From the human T2T-CHM13v2.0 reference genome, Homo sapiens, in NCBI RefSeq assembly GCF_009914755.1, contig NC_060942.1: a stretch of 64,000 nt of DNA; one strand, written 5' to 3'. The notes under the pieces are model-generated. The model was not told where the DNA came from. It worked only from the letters and a program-made list of their open reading frames with translations, and ran no database searches. Of the stretch, positions 1 to 11,298 are shown in pieces. The translations under genes and the position numbers were made by a program. The first letter of the stretch is position 1; the number at the start of each line of letters is the position of its first letter.

Positions 1-73
1 TTCTTTTGAGAGAGCAGTTTTGAAACACTCTTTTTGTGGAATCTGCAAGTGGATATTTGGCTGGCTTTGAGGA

Positions 74-90
74 TTTCGTTGGAAACGGGA
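74..90 (+). promoter_or_regulatory. CENP-B box (representative; recurs in roughly every second monomer across the window)
   Basis: TTTCGTTGGAAACGGGA is an exact match to the 17-bp consensus YTTCGTTGGAARCGGGA. Confidence 0.97.
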
Positions 91-1871
91 ATACATATAA
101 AAAGCAGACAGCAGCGTTCTGAGAAACTTCTTGGTGATGTTTGCATTCAAGTCACAGAATTGAACATTCCCTTTAATAGAACAGGTTTGAAACACTCCTT
201 TTGTCATATCTGGAAGTGTCCATTTGGAGCGCATTCAGGCTTGTGTTGAAAAAGGAAATATCTTCCCATAACAACTAGACAGAAGCATTCTCAGAAACTA
301 GTTTCTGATGTGTGTCCTCAACTAACACAGTTGTACATTTCTTTAGACAGAACAGTTTTGAAACACTCTTTTTGTGGAATCTGCAAGTGGATATTTGGCT
401 AGATTTGAGCATTTCGTTGGAAACGGGATTACATACAAAAAGCAGACAGCGGCATTCTCAGAAAGTTCTTTGTGATGATTGCATTCAAGTCACAGAATTG
501 AACATTCCCTTTCACAGAGCAGGTTTGAAACACTCTTTTTGTAGTGTGTGTAAGCGGACATTTGCAGCGATTTCCGGCCTAAGGTGAAAAAGGAAATATC
601 TTCCCATAAAAACTAGACAGAAGCATTCTCAGGAACTTACTCGTGATGTGTGTACTCAACTAAAGGAGTAGAAACTTTCTTTTCATAGAGAAGTTTTGAA
701 ACGCTCTTTTTGTGGAATCTGCAAGTGGATATTTGGCTAGTTTTGAGGATTTCGTTGGAAGCGGGAATTCATACAAATTGCAGAATGCAGCGTTCTGAGA
801 AACTTCTTTGTGATGTTTGTATTCAGGACACAGAGTTGAACATTCCCTATCATAGAGCAGGTTTGAATCACTCCTTTTGTAGTATCTGGAAGTGGACATT
901 TGGAGCGCTTTCAGGCCTATGTTGGAAAAGGAAATATCTTCCCATAACAAATAGACAGAAGCATTCTCAGAAACTTATTTGAGATGTGTGTACTCAACTA
1001 AGAGAATTGAACCACCGTTTTGAAGGAGCAGTTTTGAAACACTCTTTTTCTGGAATCTGCAATTGGATATTTGGCTAGCTTTGGGGATTTCGCTGGAAGC
1101 GGGAATACATATAAAAAGCACACAGCAGCGTTCTGAGAAACTTCTTTCTGATGTTCGCATTCAAGTCAAAAGTTGAACACTCCCTTTCATAGAGCAGTCT
1201 TGAAACTCCCCTTTTGTGGTATCTGGAAGTGGACATTTGGAGTGCTTTCAGGGCTAAGGTGAAAAAGGAAATATCTTCCCATAAAAACTGGACAGAAGCA
1301 TTCTCAGAAACTTGTTTATGCTGTATCTACTCAGCTAACAAAGTTGAACCTTTCTTTTGATAGAGCAGTTTTGAAATGCTCTTTTTGTGGAGTCTGCAAG
1401 TGGATATTTGGTTAGTTTTGAGGATTGCGTTGGAAGCGGGAATTCATACAAATTGCAGACTGCAGCGTTCTGAGAAACATCTTTGTGATGTTTGTATTCA
1501 GGACACAGAGTTGAACATTCCCTATCATAGAGGAGGTTGGAATCACTCCTTTTGTAGTATCTGGAAGTGGACATTTGGAGCGCTTTCAGGCCTATGTTGA
1601 AAAAGGAAATATCTTCCCATAACAAGTAGACACAAGCATTCTCAGAAACTTGTTTGTGATGTGTGCCCTCTACTGACAGAGTTGAACCTTTCTTTTCATA
1701 GAGCAGTTTCGAAACACTCTTTTTGTAGAATCTGCAAGAGGATATTTGCATAGCTTTGAGGATTTCGTGGGAAACGGGATTGTCTTCAGGTAAAATCTAG
1801 ACAGAAGCATTCTCAGAAAATTCTTCGGGATGTTTGCATTCAAGTCACAGAGTAGAACATTCCCTTTGGTA

Positions 1872-2219
1872 GAGCAGGTTTGAAACACTCTTTTTGTAGT
1901 ATCTGGAAGTGGACATTTGGAGCGCTTTCAGGCCTATGTTGGAAAGGGAAATATCTTCCCGTAACAACTAGGCAGAAGCATTCTCAGAAACTTATTTGAG
2001 ATGTGTGTACTGAACTAAGAGAATTGAACCACCGTTTTGAAGGAGCAGGTTTGAAACACTCTTTTTGTAGTATCTGGAAGTGGACATTTGGAGCGCTTTC
2101 AGGCCTATGTTGGAAAGGGAAATATCTTCCCGTAACAACTAGGCAGAAGCATTCTCAGAAACTTATTTGAGATGTGTGTACTCAACTAAGAGAATTGAAC
2201 CACCGTTTTGAAGGAGCAG
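1872..2219 (+). repeat. 171-bp tandem duplication creating hybrid monomer x (first instance)
   Basis: GAGCAGGTTTGAAACACTC...GAACCACCGTTTTGAAG occurs at 1872 and again at 2043, with one visible difference (ACTGAACT vs ACTCAACT). It is bounded by GAGCAG. Confidence 0.92.
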
Positions 2220-3464
2220 TTTTGAAACACTCTTTTTCTGGAATCTGCAAGAGGATATTTGCATAGATTTGAGGATTTCGTTGGCAACGGGATTGTCTTC
2301 AGATCCAATCTAGACAGAAGCATTCTCAGAAACTTCTTTGGGATGTTTGCATTCAAGTCACAGAGTAGAACATTCCCTTTGGTAGAGCAGGTTTGAAACA
2401 CTCTTTTTTTAGTATATGGAAGTGGACATTTGGAGCGCTTTCAGGCCTACGTTGGAAAAGGAAATATCTTCCCATAACAACCAGACAGAAGCATTCTCAG
2501 AAACTAGTTTCTGATGTGTGTCCTCAACTAACACAGTTGAACATTTCTTTAGACAGAACAGTTTTGAAACACTCTCTTTGTGGAATCTGCAAGTGGATAT
2601 TTGGCTAGATTTGAGGATTTCGTTGGAAACGGGATTACATATAAAAAGCAGACAGCAGCATTCTCAGAAACTTCTTTGTGATGATTGCATTCAAGTCACA
2701 GAATTGAACATTCCGTTTCACAGAGCAGGTTTGAAACACTCTTTTTGTAGTGTGTGTAAGTGGACATTTGGAGCGCTTTCCGGCCTAAGGTGAACAAGGA
2801 AATATCTTCCCATAAAAACTAGACAGAAGCATTCTCAGAAACTTACTCGTGATGTGTGTCCTCAACTAAAGGAGTAGAACCTTTCTTTTCATAGAGAAGT
2901 TTTGAAACGCTCTTTTTGTGGAATCTGCAAGTGGATATTTGGCTAGTTTGGAGGATTTCGTTGGAAGCGGGAATTCATACAAATTGCAGACTGCAGCGTT
3001 CTGAGAAACATCTTTGTGATGTTTGTATTCAGGACACAGAGTTGAACATTCCCTATCATAGAGCAGGTTTGAATCACTCCTTTTGTAGTATCTGGAAGTG
3101 GACATTTGGAGCGCTTTCCGGCCTCAGGTGAAAAAGGAAATATCTTCCCATAAAAACTAGACAGAAGCATTCTCAGAAACTTACTCGTGATGTGTGTCCT
3201 CAACTGAAGGGGTAGAACCTTTCTTTTCATAGAGCAGTTTTGAAACACTCTTTTTGTAGAATCTGCAAGTGGATATTTCGATAGCTTTGTGGATTTCCTT
3301 GGAAACGGGAATATCTTCATATAAAATCTAGAGAGAAGTATTATCAGAAACTTCCTTGTGATGGTTGCATTCAAGTCACAGAGTTGAACATTCGCTTTCA
3401 TAGACCATGTTTGAAACACTCTTTTTCCATTACCTGGAAGTGGACATTTGGAGCGCTTTGAGGC

Positions 3465-3481
3465 CTATGGTGAAAAAGGAA
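3465..3481 (+). promoter_or_regulatory. pJalpha box of A-type monomer (representative)
   Basis: CTATGGTGAAAAAGGAA sits at the position equivalent to the CENP-B box in A-type monomers. Confidence 0.8.
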
Positions 3482-3846
3482 ATATCTTCCCAAAAAAACT
3501 AGACAGAAGCATTCTCAGAAACTTATTTGTGATGTGTGTCCTCAACTGACAGAGTTGAACATTTCTTTTGAGAGAGGAGTTTTGAAACACTCTTTTTGTG
3601 GAATCTGCAAGTGGATATTTGGCTGGCTTTGAGGATTTCGTTGGAAACGGGAATACATATAAAAAGCAGACAGCAGCGTTCTGAGAAACTTCTTGGTGAT
3701 GTTTGCATTCAAGTCAAAAGTTGAACACTCCCTTTCATAGAGCAGTCTTGAAACTCCCCTTTTGTGGTATCTGGAAGTGGACATTTGGAGTGCTTTCAGG
3801 GCTAAGGTGAAAAAGGAAATATCTTCCCATAAAAACTGGACAGAAG

Positions 3847-6800
3847 CATTCTCAGAAACTTGTTTATGCTGTATCTACTCAGCTAACAAAGTTGAACCTT
3901 TCTTTTGATAGAGCAGTTTTGAAATGCTCTTTTTGTGGAGTCTGCAAGTGGATATTTGGTTAGTTTTGAGGATTGCGTTGGAAGCGGGAATTCATACAAA
4001 TTGCAGACTGCAGCGTTCTGAGAAACATCTTTGTGATGTTTGTATTCAGGACACAGAGTTGAACATTCCCTATCATAGAGCAGGTTTGAATCACTCCTTT
4101 TGTAGTATCTGGAAGTGGACATTTGGAGCGCTTTCCGGCCTCAGGTGAAAAAGGAAATATCTTCCCATAAAAACTAGACAGAAGCATTCTCAGAAACTTA
4201 CTCGTGATGTGTGTCCTCAACTAAAGGGGTAGAACCTTTCTTTTGATAGAGCAGTTTTGAAACACTCTTTTTGTAGAATCTGCAAGTGGATATTTCGATA
4301 GCTTTGTGGATTTCGTTGGAAACGGGAATATCTTCATATAAAATCTAGAGAGAAGCATTATCAGAAACTTCCTTGTGATGGTTGCATTCAAGTCACAGAG
4401 TTGAACATTCGCTTTCATAGAGCATGTTTGAAACACTCTTTTTCCATTACCTGGAAGTGGACATTTGGAGCGCTTTGAGGCCTATGGTGAAAAAGGAAAT
4501 ATCTTCCCAAAAATCTAGACAGAAGCATTCTCAGAAACTTATTTGTGATGTGTGTCCTCAACTGACAGAGTTGAACATTTCTTTTGAGAGAGCAGTTTTG
4601 AAACACTCTTTTTGTGGAATCTGCAAGTGGATATTTGGCTGGCTTTGAGGATTTCGTTGAAAACGGGAATACATATAAAAAGCAGACAGCAGCGTTCTGA
4701 GAAACTTTTTGGTGATGTTTGCATTCAAGTCACAAAACTGAACATTCCCTTTGATACAACAGGTTTGAAACACTCCTTTTGTCATATCTGGAAGTGTCCA
4801 TTTGGAGCGCATTCAGGCTTGTGTTGAAAAAGGAAATATCTTCCCATAACAACTAGACAGAAGCATTCTCAGAAACTAGTTTCTGATGTGTGTCCTCAAC
4901 TAACACAGTTGTACATTTCTTTAGACAGAACAGTTTTGAAACACTCTTTTTGTGGAATCTGCAAGTGGATATTTGGCTAGATTTGAGCATTTCGTTGGAA
5001 ACGGGATTACATACAAAAAGCAGACAGCGGCATTCTCAGAAAGTTCTTTGTGATGATTGCATTCAAGTCACAGAATTGAACATTCCCTTTCACAGAGCAG
5101 GTTTGAAACACTCTTTTTGTAGTGTGTGTAAGCGGACATTTGGAGCGCTTTCCGGCCTAAGGTGAAAAAGGAAATATCTTCCCATAAAAACTAGACAGAA
5201 GCATTCTCAGAAACTTACTCGTGATGTGTGTACTCAACTAAAGGAGTAGAAACTTTCTTTTCATAGAGAAGTTTTGAAACGCTCTTTTTGTGGAATCTGC
5301 AAGTGGATATTTGGCTAGTTTTGAGGATTTCGTTGGAAGCGGGAATGCATACAAATTGCAGACTGCAGCGTTCTGAGAAACATCTTTGTGATGTTTGTAT
5401 TCAGGACACAGAGTTGAACATTCCCTATCATAGAGCAGGTTGGAATCACTCCTTTTGTAGTATCTGGAAGTGGACATTTGGAGCGCTTTCAGGCCTATGT
5501 TGGAAAAGGAAATATCTTCCCATAACAAATAGACAGAAGCATTCTCAGAAACTTATTTGAGATGTGTGTACTCAACTAAGAGAATTGAACCACCGTTTTG
5601 AAGGAGCAGTTTTGAAACACTCTTTTTCTGGAATCTGCAATTGGATATTTGGCTAGCTTTGGGGATTTCGCTGGAAGCGGGAATACATATAAAAAGCACA
5701 CAGCAGCGTTCTGAGAAACTTCTTTCTGATGTTCGCATTCAAGTCAAAAGTTGAACACTCCCTTTCATAGAGCAGTCTTGAAACTCCCCTTTTGTGGTAT
5801 CTGGAAGTGGACATTTGGAGTGCTTTCAGGGCTAAGGTGAAAAAGGAAATATCTTCCCATAAAAACTGGACAGAAGCATTCTCAGAAACTTGTTTATGCT
5901 GTATCTACTCAGCTAACAAAGTTGAACCTTTCTTTTGATAGAGCAGTTTTGAAATGCTCTTTTTGTGGAGTCTGCAAGTGGATATTTGGTTAGTTTGGAG
6001 GATTTCGTTGGAAGCGGGAATTCATACAAATTGCAGACTGCAGCGTTCTGAGAAACATCTTTGTGATGTTTGTATTCAGGACACAGAGTTGAACATTCCC
6101 TATCATAGAGCAGGTTTGAATCACTCCTTTTGTAGTATCTGGAAGTGGACATTTGGAGCGCTTTCCGGCCTCAGGTGAAAAAGGAAATATCTTCCCATAA
6201 AAACTAGGCAGAAGCATTCTCAGAAACTTACTCGTGATGTGTGTCCTCAACTAAAGGGGTAGAACCTTTCTTTTGATAGAGCAGTTTTGAAACACTCTTT
6301 TTGTAGAATCTGCAAGTGGATATTTCGATAGCTTTGTGGATTTCGTTGGAAACGGGAATATCTTCATATAAAATCTAGAGAGAAGTATTATCAGAAACTT
6401 CCTTGTGATGGTTGCATTCAAGTCACAGAGTTGAACATTCGCTTTCATAGAGCATGTTTGAAACACTCTTTTTCCATTACCTGGAAGTGGACATTTGGAG
6501 CGCTTTGAGGCCTATGGTGAAAAAGGAAATATCTTCCCAAAAAAACTAGACAGAAGCATTCTCAGAAACTTATTTGTGATGTGTGTCCTCAACTGACAGA
6601 GTTGAACATTTCTTTTGAGAGAGCAGTTTTGAAACACTCTTTTTGTGGAATCTGCAAGTGGATATTTGGCTGGCTTTGAGGATTTCGTTGGAAACGGGAA
6701 TACATATAAAAAGCAGACAGCAGCGTTCTGAGAAACTTCTTGGTGATGTTTGCATTCAAGTCACAGAATTGAACATTCCCTTTAATAGAACAGGTTTGAA

Positions 6801-7907
6801 ACACTCCTTTTGTCATATCTGGAAGTGTCCCTTTGGAGCGCATTCAGGCTTGTGTTGAAAAAGGAAATATCTTCCCATAACAACTAGACAGAAGCATTCT
6901 CAGAAACTAGTTTCTGATGTGTGTCCTCAACTAACACAGTTGTACATTTCTTTAGACAGAACAGTTTTGAAACACTCTTTTTGTGGAATCTGCAAGTGGA
7001 TATTTGGCTAGATTTGAGCATTTCGTTGGAAACGGGATTACATACAAAAAGCAGACAGCGGCATTCTCAGAAAGTTCTTTGTGATGATTGCATTCAAGTC
7101 ACAGAATTGAACATTCCCTTTCACAGAGCAGGTTTGAAACACTCTTTTTGTAGTGTGTGTAAGCGGACATTTGCAGCGATTTCCGGCCTAAGGTGAAAAA
7201 GGAAATATCTTCCCATAAAAACTAGACAGAAGCATTCTCAGGAACTTACTCGTGATGTGTGTACTCAACTAAAGGAGTAGAAACTTTCTTTTCATAGAGA
7301 AGTTTTGAAACGCTCTTTTTGTGGAATCTGCAAGTGGATATTTGGCTAGTTTTGAGGATTTCGTTGGAAGCGGGAATTCATACAAATTGCAGAATGCAGC
7401 GTTCTGAGAAACTTCTTTGTGAAGTTTGTATTCAGGACACAGAGTTGAACATTCCCTATCATAGAGCAGGTTTGAATCACTCCTTTTGTAGTATCTGGAA
7501 GTGGACATTTGGAGCGCTTTCAGGCCTATGTTGGAAAAGGAAATATCTTCCCATAACAAATAGACAGAAGCATTCTCAGAAACTTATTTGAGATGTGTGT
7601 ACTCAACTAAGAGAATTGAACCACCGTTTTGAAGGAGCAGTTTTGAAACACTCTTTTTCTGGAATCTGCAATTGGATATTTGGCTAGCTTTGGGGATTTC
7701 GCTGGAAGCGGGAATACATATAAAAAGCACACAGCAGCGTTCTGAGAAACTTCTTTCTGATGTTCGCATTCAAGCCAAAAGTTGAACACTCCCTTTCATA
7801 GAGCAGTCTTGAAACTCCCCTTTTGTGGTATCTGGAAGTGGACATTTGGAGTGCTTTCAGGGCTAAGGTGAAAAAGGAAATATCTTCCCATAAAAACTGG
7901 ACAGAAG
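3847..7907 (+). repeat. Two tandem copies of a 12-mer variant (2030/2031 bp; a j' m n o p g' h' i' j k l)
   Basis: Monomer a at 3847, 5877 and 7908; ORF-track offsets 3883->5913 and 4612->6643. Confidence 0.88.
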
Positions 7908-10900
7908 CATTCTCAGAAACTTGTTTATGCTGTATCTACTCAGCTAACAAAGTTGAACCTTTCTTTTGATAGAGCAGTTTTGAAATGCTCTTTTTGTGGA
8001 GTCTGCAAGTGGATATTTGGTTAGTTTTGAGGATTGCGTTGGAAGCGGGAATTCATACAAATTGCAGACTGCAGCGTTCTGAGAAACATCTTTGTGATGT
8101 TTGTATTCAGGACACAGAGTTGAACATTCCCTATCATAGAGGAGGTTGGAATCACTCCTTTTGTAGTATCTGGAAGTGGACATTTGGAGCGCTTTCAGGC
8201 CTATGTTGAAAAAGGAAATATCTTCCCATAACAAGTAGACACAAGCATTCTCAGAAACTTGTTTGTGATGTGTGCCCTCTACTGACAGAGTTGAACCTTT
8301 CTTTTCATAGAGCAGTTTCGAAACACTCTTTTTGTAGAATCTGCAAGAGGATATTTGCATAGCTCTGAGGATTTCGTGGGAAACGGGATTGTCTTCAGGT
8401 AAAATCTAGACAGAAGCATTCTCAGAAAATTCTTCGGGATGTTTGCATTCAAGTCACAGAGTAGAACATTCCCTTTGGTAGAGCAGGTTTGAAACACTCT
8501 TTTTGTAGTATCTGGAAGTGGACATTTGGAGCGCTTTCAGGCCTATGTTGGAAAGGGAAATATCTTCCCGTAACAACTAGGCAGAAGCATTCTCAGAAAC
8601 TTATTTGAGATGTGTGGACTCAACTAAGAGAATTGAACCACCGTTTTGAAGGAGCAGTTTTGAAACACTCTTTTTCTGGAATCTGCAAGAGGATATTTGC
8701 ATAGATTTGAGGATTTCGTTGGAAACGGGATTGTCTTCAGATCAAATCTAGACAGAAGCATTCTCAGAAACTTCTTTGGGATGTTTGCATTCAAGTCACA
8801 GAGTAGAACATTCCCTTTGGTAGAGCAGGTTTGAAACACTCTTTTTTTAGTATATGGAAGTGGACATTTGGAGCGCTTTCAGGCCTACGTTGGAAAAGGA
8901 AATATCTTCCCATAACAACTAGACAGAAGCATTCTCAGAAACTAGTTTCTGATGTGTGTCCTCAACTAACACAGTTGAACTTTTCTTTAGACAGAACAGT
9001 TTTGAAACACTCTCTTTGTGGAATCTGCAAGTGGATATTTGGCTAGATTTGAGGATTTCGTTGGAAACGGGATTACATATAAAAAGCAGACAGCAGCATT
9101 CTCAGAAACTTCTTTGTGATGATTGCATTCAAGTCACAGAATTGAACATTCCGTTTCACAGAGCAGGTTTGAAACACTCTTTTTGTAGTGTGTGTAAGTG
9201 GACATTTGGAGCGCTTTCCGGCCTAAGGTGAACAAGGAAATATCTTCCCATAAAAACTAGACAGAAGCATTCTCAGAAACTTACTCGTGATGTGTGTCCT
9301 CAACTAAAGGAGTAGAACCTTTCTTTTCATAGAGAAGTTTTGAAACGCTGTTTTTGTGGAATCTGCAAGTGGATATTTGGCTAGTTTTGAGGATTTCGTT
9401 GGAAGCGGGAATTCATACAAATTGCAGACTGCAGCGTTCTGAGAAACATCTTTGTGATGTTTGTATTCAGGACACAGAGTTGAACATTCCCTATCATAGA
9501 GCAGGTTTGAATCACTCCTTTTGTAGTATCTGGAAGTGGACATTTGGAGCGCTTTCCGGCCTCAGGTGAAAAAGGAAATATCTTCCCATAAAAACTAGAC
9601 AGAAGCATTCTCAGAAACTTACTCGTGATGTGTGTCCTCAACTAAAGGGGTAGAACCTTTCTTTTGATAGAGCAGTTTTGAAACACTCTTTTTGTAGAAT
9701 CTGCAACTGGATATTTCGATAGCTTTGTGGATTTCCTTGGAAACGGGAATATCTTCGTATAAAATCTAGAGAGAAGTATTATCAGAAACTTCCTTGTGAT
9801 GGTTGCATTCAAGTCACAGAGTTGAACATTCGCTTTCATAGAGCATGTTTGAAACACTCTTTTTCCATTACCTGGAAGTGGACATTTGGAGCGCTTTGAG
9901 GCCTATGGTGAAAAAGGAAATATCTTCCCAAAAAAACTAGACAGAAGCATTCTCAGAAACTTATTTGTGATGTGTGTCCTCAACTGACAGAGTTGAACAT
10001 TTCTTTTGAGAGAGCAGTTTTGAAACACTCTTTTTGTGGAATCTGCAAGTGGATATTTGGCTGGCTTTGAGGATTTCGTTGGAAACGGGAATACATATAA
10101 AAAGCAGACAGCAGCGTTCTGAGAAACTTCTTGGTGATGTTTGCATTCAAGTCACAGAATTGAACATTCCCTTTGATAGAACAGGGTTGAAACACTCCTT
10201 TTGTCATATCTGGAAGTGTCCATTTGGAGCGCATTCAGGCTTGTGTTGAAAAAGGAAATATCTTCCCATAACAACTAGACAGAAGCATTCTCAGAAACTA
10301 GTTTCTGATGTGTGTCCTCAGCTAACACAGTTGAACATTTCTTTACACAGAACAGTTTTGAAACACTCTTTTTGTGGAATCTGCAAGTGGATATTTGGCT
10401 AGATTTGAGCATTTCGTTGGAAACGGGATTACATATAAAAAGCACACAGCGGCATTCTCAGAAAGTTCTTTGTGATGATTGCATTCAAGTCACAGAATTG
10501 AACATTCCCTTTTACAGAGCAGGTTTGAAACACTCTTTTTGTACTGTGTGTAAGCGGACATTTGGAGCGCTTTCCGGCCTATGGTGAAAAAGGAAATATC
10601 TTCCCATAAAAAGTAGACAGAAGCATTCTCAGAAACTTACTCGTGATGTGTGTACTCAACTAAAGGAGTAGAAACTTTCTTTTCATAGAGAAGTTTTGAA
10701 ACGCTCTTTTTGTGGAATCTGCAAGTGGATATTTGGCTAGTTTTGAGGCTTTCGTTGGAAGCGGGAATTCATACAAATTGCAGACTGCAGCGTTCTGAGA
10801 AACATCTTTGTGATGTTTGTATTCAGGACACAGAGTTGAACATTCCCTATCATAGAGCAGGTTTGAATCACTCCTTTTGTAGTACCTGGAAGTGGACATT

Positions 10901-11298
10901 TGGAGCGCTTTCAGGCCTATGTTGGAAAAGGAAATATCTTCCCATAACAACTAGACAGAAGCATTCTCAGAAACTTATTTGAGATGTGTGTACTCAACTA
11001 AGAGAATTGAACCACCGTTTTGAAGGAGCAGTTTTGAAACACTCTTTTTCTGGAATCTGCAAGTGGATATTTGGCTAGCTTAGGGGATTTCGCTGGAAGC
11101 GGGAATACATATAAAAAGCACACAGCAGCGTTCTGAGAAACTTCTTTCTGATGTTCGCATTCAAGTCAAAAGTTGAACACTCCCTGTCATAGAGCAGTCT
11201 TGAAACTCCCCTTTTGTGGTATCTGGAAGTGGACATTTGGAGTGCTTTCAGGGCTAAGGTGAAAAAGGAAATATCTTCCCATAAAAACTGGACAGAAG
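7908..11298 (+). repeat. 20-mer HOR variant (3391 bp), strictly dimeric, lacking hybrid monomer x
   Basis: Monomer a at 7908 and 11299; monomer d is followed directly by e at 8588. Confidence 0.87.

Larger units (their letters stand above)
1299..3846 (+). repeat. 15-mer HOR variant (2548 bp) ending in a p/l hybrid monomer
   Basis: Marker monomer a (CTTGTTTATGCTGTATCTAC) starts at 1299 and 3847. The monomer at ~3677 begins CTTCTTGGTGATG (p) and continues CAAAAGTTGAACACTCCC (l). Confidence 0.85.

Noticed and set aside
765-800. Short palindromes (GAATTC, CTGCAG, AGCGCT, TCTAGA) as regulatory or hairpin elements
   Set aside because: They are ordinary 6-bp sites propagated with the repeat, with no extended inverted repeat.
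2943-3419. Longest ORF (158 aa)
   Set aside because: It results from a single substitution (CAACTAAAGG->CAACTGAAGG) removing a stop between two repeat-derived frames; there is no evidence of coding function.
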